In this document: positions 21,921 to 35,626 of the stretch, one piece after another
Numbering within the stretch: position 1 is the first letter of the stretch
How the letters are laid out: every line of letters starts with the position of its first letter
NCBI GenBank assembly: GCA_048128005.1
Contig: JBEUKZ010000071.1
Location: 62,001-126,000, forward strand
DNA length: 64,000 nt
Source of the DNA: Veleropilina oligotropha
Taxonomy: Eukaryota
Direction: 5' to 3'
Made by a program: the position numbers and the translations under genes
Notes under the pieces: model-generated
Told to the model about the DNA's origin: nothing
What the model saw: the letters and a program-made list of their open reading frames with translations, nothing else
Databases searched by the model: none

Positions 21921-24329
21921 CGGCCGTATACTAGTACATGACTTCTATTTTTCACCTATCGTACAGGAAGTACGAAAGCGCACGGTACCGGTGCGTTTTC
22001 ATAAATAAAGAATGGCAGTATATGCTTATTTAAAGGACAGGGGGGTGGCGACCGAAGATATCCGGAAAATGGAAGAAGACAGGGTAAGCAATGTCACTTT
22101 TTCATCTCAAATAATACTAAAGACATTAACGAACTTAATCTAAGATAATAGGTGGTAACCAATATGTACGTCTCTGGTCTTCAAGTGTTAACAAATAACC
22201 AGCTTGCATAACAAATAGTTTACTGATGCGTTGAATTGAATTCTTTGTTTGGGGAAAAGTCCACCAATATAATATATGTCATAATTACGGCATCGTGTGC
22301 ACATGGTCCGAACATTGCAGGTATAATGGGTGATCGTTGTTTCGTTGCTTGTAGTTTCGAATATATATGCTGCTTTCTATAAGAAGTTGACGGTATTTAA
22401 TTATGATTGGTATAGGTTGATTGTTTGTCAGTCATGCACTTTTTAATTTTGTATGAATACCAAATGTTTATTTTATAAAATTACGGAATATACATTGAAG
22501 ACGGCGTCATTTCTGGCATTAACCATCCAGATAAACAACATTATTCACTAAGCTATTTCATACGATTAAAGATGCTGATTCCGCTTCGTTACGTAAGTTA
22601 CATTCGAAAGGTTGGTAGGTAGGTAAATTTGTTTTAGAAAGGGCCACTGATTTGGCAATTTTTAGGGACACTCGGTTTAAGGTCCCACTCTGATCTGACC
22701 GACATACATTATGAATATGCCTTCTATTAGTTTTAAGCGTTAGATTTAGCCACGCTTTAGTGGGGGGGGGGGGGGGGGTTGAACCCACATCCTACCGTCC
22801 CACTGAAAGTTTCCGACGTTCTAATCAGTTGAGCTATTGAGGACGGTTACATTCGAAAGAAAACTACAAATGATGTATTGTGTGTATTTATCACCTATTC
22901 ATTTTATGATTCACAAAATGCAGCATAGAAGCCATCGTATATAAGTTGTGGATGTGGATGTTTTCCCCAGTCGATTGTTTTAATGATACACTATCATAAT
23001 AATAGTAATATACGTATCGAATAATTTTAAAATATGGTACTTGTCTTTAGTTGAAACTTTATGTTCAGATAATTTGTTGCTTTCCAATATAATACATATC
23101 GATAAATGGTCGAAACTTCATTAGGCCGACGTGATGATCAAAGTGAATAAAAAGCGTGGTTTTAATTCAATATCCACGTTTTAAATATTTATTAGTATTT
23201 TACCATATCTTATATTTTATTTCTGGATATAGTAATATCTAAACCAGCATATAACTTTATGCAAAGAATACATATAAAACGAGTTAGATTAATTGACGTT
23301 AAATCCCACTTTAAACGGAACTAAAGTTGGTATCAGCATCTTTAATGAATCCTGTGTAGGCTTACACTTTAATACCCTAATTAATGCGCATATACTATTT
23401 CCCAAACACTACATGATCGCATCCGTTGCGTTTGGGATAAGTTCGGAACTTTCAAATAACTCCCATTAGGTCTACTCTTTCGTTTAAAAGTAGAGAGTTT
23501 GATTCCTTGGTTGGGCACACTATTCAATTAACAATCATATTATATTTGTCAGTACTAGTAAGTAGAAGGCGAAGGCGGGATTGCGTTGCTTGTAGGGTCT
23601 CCAGCCCGGTGTCCCGTTAAGCACTTCCGCACCGATTAGTTATTAGTGACAAGCGTGAATTTTATCTGCAAAATTCCCACACGAGGTTCTAACCTATTCC
23701 TGAAATAAAGAGCAGTCATGCGATTGCATGAATGGGGAAGCTAGCTTATTCATTACACCGCTCGGTGTCCTCAATGTTTACATGTATATATAGGAATCAG
23801 TATATGAAACGTTTTTATGTGAATACAAATTATATTTCATACACCGGTAATAATTCCAAGAAGGATTCAGCGATATAGAAACAAATAAAAATAACGCACA
23901 CTAAGCCCAGGCGACCTTTTTGATGGGCACTCGGATATCGTACAGTTTTAATTTTTAATACGCATATAATACAGTATTTGTTAATATTATTGACTTGTCA
24001 TATACCTATAGTATGTTGAAATATTGCTGATGTATCCGTGCTATCTGGAACTGGTACCTGTTTAAATCGCGAGTGGAATCAGAGGGGCCTGTAACGCTGC
24101 TTATCGTTCGTCTGTTTCCGCTTGACGATTAGCGCAGTTCATTGTTACTATATATAATATAGACAAGGGAATCCACTAATGACGGGACACATCTTCATCA
24201 TCTAATGTTCTATGGAAATATGTTGTATGCGCTCTACAGTCAACAGGTCTAATCCGATTTGATATGCACATTAGTTATGATGACAACAAGATGCTGAGTG
24301 TTATATATAGTTTCGCCGTTCAATTATTT

Positions 24330-25240
24330 TGTCACCTTCCCCATTAATGTCTTATTTTGGGAAGCTTAAATACTGTTAATCTCTAGCATATAATGCCTTT
24401 TGCTAATTTCGACGTTGTGCGGCGATTATTCATGGTTATTGCCCTTGTTGTAAATCGTTAATTTTATTTTTTTCCGTAGCATATCTCATAATCCGCTCGA
24501 CATAGCTTCACGAAACTTGGTGAATGGTTTAAGTAGCAGCTGAGCTGGTGCCTTTTGTTACTTTTGACATTGGGCAACGATTATTAACAGAGTTACTGCC
24601 CTTGTCTTAAATGTGTTGTTATCTTTTTCGGAGTGGATCTCATACACCGCTCGACATAACTTTGCAAAACTTGCTGTGCATGTTAAGTATAGTGGGTGAA
24701 CTGGTGTCTTTTGCTAATTTCGACGTTGTTCGGCGATTATTCAGAGTTATTGCCCTTGTTGTAAATCGTTAATGTTATCTTTTCCGTAGCATATCTCATA
24801 ATCCGCTCGACATAGCTTCACGAAACTTGGTGAATGGTTTAAGTAGCAGCTGAGCTGGTGCCTTTTACAAATTTTGACGTTATGCAGTGACTATTAACAG
24901 AGTTACTGCCCTTCTCTTAAATTCGTTATTATCTTTTCCGGAGCGTATCTCATACACTGCTCGACATAACTTTACGAACTTACTGGGTATGTTAAGTAGT
25001 TCGTGAACTGGTGCCTTTTGCTAATTGTGACGTTGCACTGCGATTATTCGAGTTATAGCCCTTGTTGTAAATTCGTTTATGTTATATTTTCCGGCGCATA
25101 TCTCGTAATTCGATAGATATAAATTTACAAAACTTACTGATGAGCCTTTTATTTTATTGTTAATCTCGCTATTCTTTCTGGATATTCACTATTTCATGAT
25201 GGTAATCGTTGCGGGGGATATCGATGACTGTGTCTTCTTG
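24330..25240 (+). repeat. About 150-bp tandem array, probably within a HINE-type element
   Basis: Recurring GTGCCTTTTGCTAATTT...GAGTTATTGCCCTTG...CATATCTC units, ending GCGGGGGATATCGATGACT. Confidence 0.6.
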
Positions 25241-25293
25241 GGTTTTTTAAATGGCGAATATAATATTGGCATAGACTATACTTATTGACTATA

Positions 25294-25990
25294 CTTATAC
25301 GCCAGCCGAAGACGAGGTGTATTATGCTATGTCCGCCTGTCTGTCTGTCCGCCTCTTTCGTTTCTGCACCATACTATAGTATAGTATCTCATCTTAAATA
25401 TGAAACTTGCTGGGTGAGTTCAGCATATAACAAGGAAGTAGCCTATTCATTTTCATTCATGTCGCTCGATTCCTCCTTGACTTCTGGCCCGTTTTCGAAA
25501 AAATTGTTTGCGCACAATAATTAAGCAAATAATTTTCTGGATGCCTTAATTATGTGACAGTGAAGAAGCCTATTCATTTTCAACCCTGTCGTTCGATTCC
25601 TCCCTGGCATCTGACCCTTGTTCGATAAAATTCAAATTTCTTTTACGCACGATAACTAATCAAATATAAATTATTTCTCAATGAAACATTCTCGATGGCT
25701 TTAGTATAAATCATGTGACAAGGAAAAATCCTATTCGTTTTCATCCTTGTCGCTCGATTTGTCACTGTCTTCTGGCTCTTGTTCGAACACAAAGAAATTT
25801 CATTTTCGCACGATAACTGAACAAATATAAATTGTTTATCGATAAAACTTACTGAATAGATTAATCGTGTGACAAAGAAGAAGCCTATTCTTATGTAACG
25901 ATATCTTGTAAATAAAATGTCATTGAAATTAAACTAGTTGCTAATTGCGCGGACGTAATATGTATCGTTACGTGACTCTTATTTGTTGTT
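25294..25990 (+). mobile_element. HINE-like element with GTCT/GTCC microsatellite and internal repeats
   Basis: TTATACGCC...GGTGTATTA start, GTCCGCCTGTCTGTCTGTCC, repeated GAAGCCTATTC units. Confidence 0.5.
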
Positions 25991-28900
25991 GCTTGTGCAG
26001 TTATGGATTTATTTTATATTAAAAATTCCTAATCAAGGTTCTGAAATTGGGCGAGGTCTGTAATCTATTATTAATTGTTACTTACAGATTGATGAAGAGG
26101 CGATAAAAGCCGTGTCAGACACACAGCTAAGCGTGTATTTACCAGCCTATGGCAACCGATTGTCATTAAGAAGTTTCTGTTCGAAGACATCATCTGGTAA
26201 AGAAAGTGACGGAGTAAGTCTTGTTGATGATCTTGCAATGGCCATCGGTGGCAGGACGGACAAGAACACCTCAAGATATGGTACTACTGCGACATATGGA
26301 GGTGGGAATCTTAACGCCAGCAAAACGACACGAAAAATAGAACTTGGATGGAAGAATCATTTTAGTTCGTGTCGGGCCGAAGACTACCAACAGCTGCGAA
26401 AAAAGACTGGCGGCGGCACTCGCGAGTTGTCTATAACTAAAACGGCTACAAGGAAGGACGTGCTGAGCAAGGCATGTGAGCTATCCTTTCCCGACGACAT
26501 GTCTCCCAAAGGGCCACTCGGTGACTTCATTCTTGATATTAGGGACTTCAAGGATGGTGAAGTTGACCCTGATACTACAATATCGGAAATGTACGACCGT
26601 ACAAAGTTGAAAATACTTCGTTTTTATTTTTACACAAAAGCTTCTCATGATGAGGTCGACAATGATGAGCTGCCCAACATTGTTCGCTCTAAGCGAATTC
26701 GGTGTTGCAGTCCACTGTTACCAGAATTGGACAGTGCACACTTGGACATATCATCTTCAAGTGATATTTCTTTTGGGCCTTTTGCACCAAGTGGTAATAA
26801 CGTGGACGATACGTTACCATTGGATGTACCACTACATTTCTTACTCTATAGCTATATCAATGACATGTTGCCAGATGATTTTCCAGCACCGAATGAAATC
26901 GTGACACCAACACATGTCGCGAGCGAAACAGTTTTGCTACCTGCATCATCCACCAGTGAAACACGGATTCCATCAACCGCCGAAAATGAACAGGCGATAC
27001 CAACCACACTACCTCTGGTCGAACCAATGATGGCGACACAAACCACGATGCACAGAGCAATAGGTATAAGGGAAACAGCGATGCCAACATCAGCATAGGG
27101 TGAAACGACGATAACAAGCGTAATACCCCTCAGCGAATCGATGATAGTAACTCCAACCACGACGAGAACACTGTCTCCAACAGCACCAGAAACGAGTGGA
27201 ATAACCACAACAGGAATGCCGGATTTACATATTGCAGAAGATTCGATTACGAAATCTCATCAGGTTGAAATGGACAGGTGCAGAATAGCAGAAGAACTCA
27301 TTCACTTATTTAAAGACCCTGAAATTTTGCATTTTCCACTGCAGTTTAAATTCCACGGAGAAAGGGCCGATGACGCTGACGGTGTATCACGTGATACATA
27401 CGCGGAATTTTGGCAGTCGTTTTTGCTGAGATCAGCAGAAGGGGAAAAAGAGCGTGTACCGTTAGTTAGTACAAGGAAAGGTGACGAGGAGTGGAAAGCT
27501 CTTGGGCGAATTTTATGCATAGGATTCCAGGACCATGGATACTTCCCTATTGGACTATCAACTGCATTTATTATTGCGTTGATATATGGTCGAAGCGAAG
27601 TGACAAGCGACGTCTTGATGAACTATTTTCTGCAGTACGTAACTGCGTCTGAAAAGGACATAATCATTTCAGCCTTCGATGATCGTCTAGATCCAAACGA
27701 CGAAGACGAGTACGCAGATTTGCTATCAATAATGGGACATGACAGCATTCCCAAACCAAATGAAGTGAGAGCAATTATGCTTCAAATAGCACATAAGAAG
27801 TTAATCCAAGCTAACAAGTTTGCACTTGATTTAATGGCATGTACAGCCGCAGACAGTCTTCGTTTGCTTTTGCCCGATGTTCAGGATCTGCTAAACATAT
27901 ATGCAGAGAAAATGCCAAGCACACGAACAGTTTTAAATATGCTACAAGCATCAGTGGAAAATGAAGTGGAGAACAAAGCTTTAAATTATGTAAAGAAGTA
28001 CAATAGATCACTTGATTTATTAATGCTTGGAAAATTTCTTCGCTTCGTTACGGGAGCTGATATCATCTCGGTTCCAATAATTGAGGTCGCTTTCACAAAA
28101 CCGCAAAGTATGGCCGCTCGTTACCCAGTAGCTCACACGTGTGGTCCATTATTGGAAGTACCAACAACGTATCCAAACTACCCATATTTTCGTGCTGACT
28201 TTCAGTTAATTCTTGAAAGTAACTATTTGCAGATGGACATTATATGATTAAGCTGGTCAGTGCAAAATATATTCGCGAATGACACAAACGTTTTTTCTTC
28301 AGTAATTTCGATGCTAATGATTCAACGAATAACAATGTCAATTGATTACAAAAATGGTAAGAAGCTGTATTTTAATTTGAAATGATCCCTTTTCTTTTAT
28401 ATATAATATGATCGATACTTCACAAGCAGTAAATCCGTAATTTAGTTTATACATCTATATTTAAGTAAATATATGCAGAGAGTGCGTTCTATACTTTGAA
28501 ACATGTTTACATCATCATGCCGATGTTATGCGCTACAACTGACTAAGAGGGTAGCAATACGATAATTTGTTAAATGTGGTGTTATACCCATCGATGTTTA
28601 CAATAAAGGTTTCAATTTTCAGGTCTTCATTTTATTTTTACCCTTGAAGTATTCACCATTTAAATGAGGTACTAGTATTACAGTGGATAAGGGCGTGACT
28701 CTCAATTCACTTGATTGGCTATTCTGATTAAGAAGACAATTCGATATTGCAAACCCTCGCCTCAATGAATCGATTCTTGAAGTTCTGTATATTTACCACC
28801 TTCAGTTTTTAAGCATAAGTCCATATTATCGCGACAGGAAAAAAGCCCGGTAACACAGCGAAACCCACACTCTTCGATCAGTTACGGACAACTGTGATTC

Positions 28901-30302
28901 ATAAGTTGATAACAGAACAAATATAGCCAATGCCAACATACCGACATTTGAACCCACGACTGTTCGTCAGTGGGGTCAGCCAGTGATTCCAGAGTCGGCA
29001 CTTGAGACAACACGACTGGCCTAGAAATATGAATATGTATAGCTTTTGCAAAAAAACTTAAATGTGCGGCAGTTACTTTAACACAATTCAAGGTCAAATA
29101 AGGACATTATGACAGGTGGAATGTTGGTCATTTGCGAAACTTTATATCCCCCCTCCCCATCCAGTTATTTATTGATAACTGTGGCTGCTAAGTTCAGAAT
29201 AAAATGTTCAGTCAATGATTCTAACCCGCTCCTGTAAATCATAGGCTCAGCAGTCAGGCGAGTGAGCGAGTGTTGTGAGAAGAACAAAACTTGTATTTGT
29301 GGAATTTATTTTGGAAAACGATAAACTGTATCGAGATGTACTCCAACAACGTTAGAGTTAGCTACTTCACGTAGGGTATAAGGCATATCAACCCAGACTC
29401 GAACTGTATGTATATATTGAAATGCATTTTAATGATACACAAGAAATGTTGCCACTGGTGAGCATCACAATCACTAAAGAATTCAGTTGTATTAAACTAC
29501 GTATTGTTAATATGCACAGCAGGAAACAAACAAAAACCGGCTAGTTAAGAAAAACTGTCACTCTTAATTAAACAATCAATGACAATGTCCCAATTGAGAT
29601 TCATATCAACTACCGTTCGTCAGCGATTTCATGGTCGGCGCTCGAAACTACAAGACTGCCAGAGCGGCCACCAGCGCCCCGATGCCATGGAACTCTATGG
29701 AAAAGTCTTAAATATCTACAACTAATAAGTTTTTCCGTTGGATCATAAAACTGAATAAAATCCTTATCCTGATTTCGATCCGGGCTATTTTCGAGGATTA
29801 GAGTAACAAGATTACCAAATGTATTCCAAAAAGCATTATCTTGATTTCGCCGCGAATTCTCTGTTCTGATTGGCTGACGTCATTTTGTTAACTGACCATA
29901 AACACCGCCCAGCCGTGGTTTATGGATTCTTAACCAACGGTGACGCCAATCCTCTGTTCTGATTGGCTAACTGGCCGTCAAGGGAAATAACTCGGCCTTT
30001 CTGAAACTGTCGATTGCTTTGCATCATCATAAATAACAAACTTGTGTTATGAACCAAATCGGGACTCTGTTAATCAAGCCTCACGGTAAGAAATCAAGAT
30101 AAATACGTTGTCGAACAACGTCTTGGTAAATACGTTGCATTGAATACCTTATAACGTTAAGCCGTCCGGCGCTAGCGCCTCGTGGTTTAACTTTATTCGG
30201 TATTCAATTCACCACGACGTCGTCCGACAACTTATATTAATTTCATTTTCGAAATCTGACAATTTCATCAATTTTACTCCCTCTCGCTGCCATCTTGGTT
30301 AA

Positions 30303-30885
30303 GCTAAGATTCCATATACACGGAATGCGGATGCGGCATGCGTTACAAAAATGGAAATGTATGTAAACGTATGAGAGTGACTCCATATATCCGGATGCGG
30401 TATACGATTTGTTGTCCGGCTGCGAATGGTTGCGGGTGCGTTTTTCTGAATCCTCCAAGGAGCGATTCGTGCGGCAAAAGTGTACGAATCGGATGCGGAA
30501 TTCCAGAATATGACGTCAGAGAAGGGTGTTTTCCAAACAAATGGAACGTGTCCCCATCTAATTGTAACTCCTTCACCAGATTATGGTATTCCTCTTGGGA
30601 AATTCGGTTCTTGATTATGTCATGTATTCACCAACTTTCTTTTCGTTTTTCGCTTTTTTAATTGTAAAACTTATATGAAACAGCAATGATTAACACGTTA
30701 TGTTGCTTCATCTCCAACATAGAACGCTGCATTTTGACTGATAATTAGCCATGTTCTCTGTATGAAATCTTTACCAAAGAGACTGAAAACGCATGGGTAA
30801 AACGTATATATAATTATGGAATCATACAAATCGCATACCGCATAACGCATGCCGCATCCGCATTCCGTGTATATGGAATCTTAGC
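30303..30885. mobile_element. MITE with TIRs of about 43 bp
   Basis: TTAA|GCTAAGATTCCATATACACGGAATGCGGATGCGGCATGCGTTA ... reverse complement|TTAA. Confidence 0.85.
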
Positions 30886-31344
30886 TTAAACATAGATGCA
30901 AGTTAAATCTTAATCACCATGTAATGTGTTGAGCCTAATACGAAGTTTATACGGCGATGCGTACACATCTCTTCCTGAGGCGAGGGTAATTAGAGCGTTT
31001 TTTCATTCCCAGTACGGCACTTTTCTTAATTAACAATTACTGTTGCCCATAACTGGCTGGTGCGGGCGGGTTTCCCCTGGTGATCCGTCTTTCATCCAAC
31101 AATTATAACAAGTCATGATATGAACATGAAATGCGTTATTTAGACCCTTTGTATTAAACCCGATTTATTACGATCACAATAAATGTCCACATTTATTTTT
31201 TAACCGCCTGTTAGGCAGGGCTAGTACTTGTGTACATTACGTAAATTTGTGTTCCTGCATAATATAATCCTCATGTACGTAACTTGTACTTACAGTTGGC
31301 ACAATAATTAAATGGCAGATACTAGGTCGAAATGAAGGGTACTC

Positions 31345-31660
31345 GCTGTACATGACGAATAATTGATGTACATTGATGATGCTTGGCCCATTTACTGGTG
31401 CGTCACGAATGATTGAAGTACATTGGGGATGTTTGATGTACATTTACTGGTACATGACGAATGATTGATGTGCATGCAAAAGGTAATGATTGGTGTGCAT
31501 TTTCTGGTACATGACGAATAATTGATGTACATTGGGGATGCTTGGTGTACATTTACTGGTACATGACGAATGATGGATGCACATTGGGTATGCTTGGAGT
31601 AGGCCTACATTTACTGGTACATGCTGAATGATTGATGATGCTTGGTGTACATTTACATGA
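31345..31660. repeat. Degenerate tandem repeat, unit about 52 bp (TTTACTGGTACATGACGAAT...GATGCTTGGTGTACA)
   Basis: About 6 visible units. Confidence 0.8.
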
Positions 31661-32190
31661 GTGACATTATGTCCTGGTTTGAACTTGAATTGTTGACAAA
31701 GAGCATCACGCATCGATTTAAACCAAACCGAAGCTGAAATACGACGTCTGTCTAATTAACTGTCTTGTATAACCCAAATGGTAGAGCGTCGGAAAAAATA
31801 AAGTCACGTCCCGCTCCGGTGTGGCTTAATCAGATTCTGAAAACTAATAGAAAGGATGGCTTAAAAAATCCCGTCATGAGTCCTTCATAAGAGACGTTAA
31901 ACCGGGGTTCCGACTACAAATACGGCTGATTTCTTTTAATGTGGTCGTAAAGGTAAACTGATTCTCATTGCGACATATAATAATCATGTGAACGTTTCAA
32001 ATGTACTACGTAACGCAACATAAGGAACCAAACTTTGTTTGATGAAAATTATATTATTTAAACATTAGTACACTACAGTTGTTAAATATGCATTATTGTA
32101 TCATGATAATATGCAATATTACTTGCATTTTGTTAAATTATTTCTGAAATTATTTCGGCTCGACTAATACTTTCCTATTTAGGCCCAGGT

Positions 32191-34330
32191 CTACACGACG
32201 TTCGCAAGCAATTCACTTATTTCTTTTCTTATGAACAAATAAAGTTCACAACCATCTTCTGGGTTATCAGGAAGTTCAATGGCATAGTCTTTGATTAGAA
32301 ATTGACAAAGAGATGACACGGCTTGATTACTGGTAGGCGAACGTCTAAACGTGCATCGGTCTCGGCATTGTCCCAGATCATCAACGTCAACTTCCTGTGA
32401 GTAGTTCGTAGTTATGTACATCTGTGGAATGGTGTACATTATCATTGGGCGTCCTGTAGCGCCAATCTGATTTCGATTCTTTTGTAGTTTGTGACTATTC
32501 CAAACCTGTTTGATATCGTCCAGGGATTTCTGTAGCGAAAGAACGAAAAATAGAAAATCCCTGTGCCACTTGTATACACAAACAGACTCTAAAATCCACT
32601 CTCAACTTTCACATATATAAACTTTCAGAGATTAGTGAAATTGAATGGTCTTAACTAGCATACAACCCCGTAAGGCCCAAAGTCCTGATGACCATCATGT
32701 CCCCCGCAATGTTGTAATCCCTGGTCATATATACAGCTGTATAATATATTTCAAAAACTTCTTTGGCCTATCTTTCAAATTGAAAACTTTTACAGAGTGG
32801 TGAAAATGATTCAAAGATGTTGGTAATAAATAGCACATTAGCGATATCAGAATACAGGAGAGGGGGTTTCACAAGGTTAAGTGTCAAAATTTTCTTCCGA
32901 GTGGGGCACCACCCCCACGCGAACCATTACCTTCATATTTCTATTTGGAAAAATATCATCAACCCCCACCGCAATCATACATACATACGCACAAATGTAC
33001 GGATGAAAATTACCTGTATTTAAAATTAATTATGAAAAGTGCCCTTTTTCTGCCTTACCCCAAATCCAAAATTGCTTCCTACGCCACTGATATGTGGTCT
33101 CTGAAATTACTGGATTGACTGCTCTGACTAACAGTGGTGCTATTGTACAGCGGTTGGGAAATCCATATTAAAACTGCAAACCCTATCACTCTCTGCCACG
33201 CTACAGAATATAAATAGCTACCGGCCAAAAATAACGCCGGTTACGGGAGATAACTCTAGTGGCATTCATTGTTCAATTGTCAATGACAGTTGTTCATAAC
33301 TGACCGGAGACAGTGGTTTCTTTCGGGCAACCGGGCTTTCCTTCCGCGATATTATGTACATGTCTTCATTTGAAACTAAGCTTGGCTAAAGGTTGTAAAT
33401 ATACAGGACATTTTTCATTAATCCAAATCAATCTTATGTGAACAGCGTATGAAGCACTCATAAGTAAACTCATTGAGATTACGAATTCTTACCTGAACTA
33501 AGCGGATGAAGCAAAATTGTATCAAACATTTGTCAAGGTTGTCTCCAGAAAAGTAGCCGTTCTCCTTCAGTTGTTGAAATATATTCATCCAGTCTTGTAT
33601 CCCGTCTTTCCTGTTCAAGCCCCAATACCATTCAATGCGTTGATTTGCTGTACTTCTTCCATATATATAAACGACTTGTCTCCAGCATGTCGATCCTGGT
33701 GATTCCGTCTCAGAAATTGTTGTATTTCACAAACAATTCCGTTTTCTGTGCCCCTATCTGCTCTTACAACCAAAGGACATTTGGTCACTTCTACCTTTTC
33801 TGTGTAATATCCTGCAATGACTGAAGGGTCCTTGTTTGTGTAATTTGCATTCATCCAGATAACATATCTTGAAAATCCATCAATGCAACCATGAATGTAG
33901 ATACCATAAGGGGCTAGTTTGTCGCACCCGTCGACGTGCCATACTGCATTTGGCCCTGGATTGCTATAATTGCGGCGACGGAGACACGTTTTCTTCGTCG
34001 AATGTCCATACCCTCCGGGTCCACTATATCCATTATCAAGCGGACTGTTTTTTGACTCACAACAAAACCCTGCTGTATGCATCTTAAATGCATCCATATG
34101 TAACCGTGCATACATCCTGTGCTGTTTTTAATCTGGTCCAAAATATATATTGCAACTTCTACGATGTTCGTATGTCCTTTCCGTCTAAACAATCCAAGGT
34201 TTTTAGTAAGTCTTTTCACAGATCGACTGCTTACAACAATCCCATGTCCGAATGCGAGGCATTCCATAATATCTCTGTTGCTAAACCCTAATCGAAAGTA
34301 AAGGCCAACGAGCTGTTCTTTGTTGTCCAT
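32191..34330 (-). pseudogene. IS3/IS481-like integrase-core (DDE) transposase; exons 34330-33493 and 32529-32191; two frameshifts
   Basis: HTH-like N-terminus, GPNAVWHVDGCDKL, IHGCIDGFSR, VRADRGTEN, GRSTANQRIE, then exon 2 KSLDDIKQVWNSH...GRPMIMY; frameshifts near 33985 and 33665; phase-0 GT/AG intron. Confidence 0.88.
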
Positions 34331-34725
34331 TGCTGCTTTTCTGTTCGTTGTGTGCCAAATGAGAGATCATATATAGGCCTACTGCACTGTGAGTTATTTT
34401 TGAGAAATAATTTTTAATCTCGTGATCACGACTTTTTAATCTCGTGATCCCGACTTTTTAATCTCGTGATCACGACTTTTAATCTCGTGATCACGACTTT
34501 TTAATCTCGTGATCACGACTTTTTAATCTCGTGATCACGACTTTAATCTCGTGATCTCGAGTTTAATCTCGTGATCACGACTTTAATCTCGTGATCACGA
34601 CTTTAATATTTGCGTTACGACTTGGCCCTAATGCGCTTTCGTACATATGTGAACTTTTCGAAAATTTACTGGAATACACGATTAGTCACCCTTGTCAAAA
34701 TCCTCGGACACAAAATTAAGCATCG

Positions 34726-34854
34726 ATGGAAGAATGTAATACTGGGTGTGTGTGGAAGAATGTAATACTGGGTGTGTGTGGAAGAATGTAATACTGGGTG
34801 TGTGTGGAAGAATGTAATTCTGGGTGTGTGGAAGAATGTAATACTGGGTGTGTG
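34726..34854. repeat. Minisatellite, unit about 26 bp (TGGAAGAATGTAATACTGGGTGTGTG)
   Basis: 5 visible units. Confidence 0.9.
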
Positions 34855-35626
34855 GTTCCTGCGCCCGACTCACCGTTATCAGTCTTATGACATTCTATTT
34901 TTTCGAATTAATTATTATTACACATTTTAGAATCCACGGTCTCGCACTAGAATAATGTGGTCTTGTTGATTCCTGTTCTGTGTGAACAGACGACCATTAA
35001 GGTAGCCTGGTTAATAATAATACTTAAAGAGACTATAATTGCCAGTAAATGCGCTCTTTCTTTTTTAAAAAGAAAACTAACAGCATTACAATTTTTGTTT
35101 ATAACATAAAAAGTTAGGAATTTTCAACACTCAACTTTCGTCAGTAATTTGCTACGGTTTAAATTAATCGCTTTAAAAATAATAAAACGCGGTTTGATTG
35201 TAGCATACTGTTTGATTTAAGACGCTTGTAAGCAGTTATAGCCAGTCGTATCTGATAATAATCTGGTCAACGGGTTTATTGTCTGAGTCTTATCTAATCA
35301 GACAACCATATGTATACGGCATAACTAAGCTTAAACCATTTTTGTGATGTCATTCTATTGTCTTGGCCCGTGGTCTAACTGGCCATATTGTCAGTTAGAC
35401 AACGGGGGACTACTTTCTTACACTAAAAATGGGTGCATTAGGTTATTAAAATCACATATTTTAATTTATTTTACACTTTTGCGATGGTTTAAGTCGGTTA
35501 TATCACTCGGTTTGTGTTATCTAATCGGAAAAAGCCCGTGCAGTTAATCAACTCGGCGCTTCGCGCCTCGTTGATTAACTGCAGGCTTTTCAGATTAGAC
35601 AACCAAACCTCGTGGTATAACCTATA

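Larger units (their letters stand above)
22012..28247 (+). pseudogene. Transposon-borne SAM-like / ubiquitin-like / HECT E3 ligase gene (exons 22012-22083 and 26088-28247; one in-frame TAG at 27096-27098)
   Basis: Exon 1 MAVYAYLKDRGVATEDIRKMEEDR|GTAAGC splices in phase 0 to CAG|IDEEAIKAVSDTQL...; ORFs 26112 and 27141 share a frame; HECT motifs FHGERADDADGVSRD, FLRFVTG, PVAHTCGPLLEVPTTY. Confidence 0.82.
21694..34643 (-). mobile_element. IS3EU-like DNA transposon, about 12.95 kb, carrying a HECT E3 gene
   Basis: TIRs of about 228 bp starting TACGAAAGCGCATTAGGGCCAAGTCGTAA at both ends; flanks CATAAG and CATATG (5/6 TSD); integrase-core transposase at the right end. Confidence 0.85.

Noticed and set aside
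32191..34330. Bacterial IS3/IS481 contamination or recent horizontal transfer
   Set aside because: The gene has a spliceosomal intron and the element contains host SINEs and MITEs.
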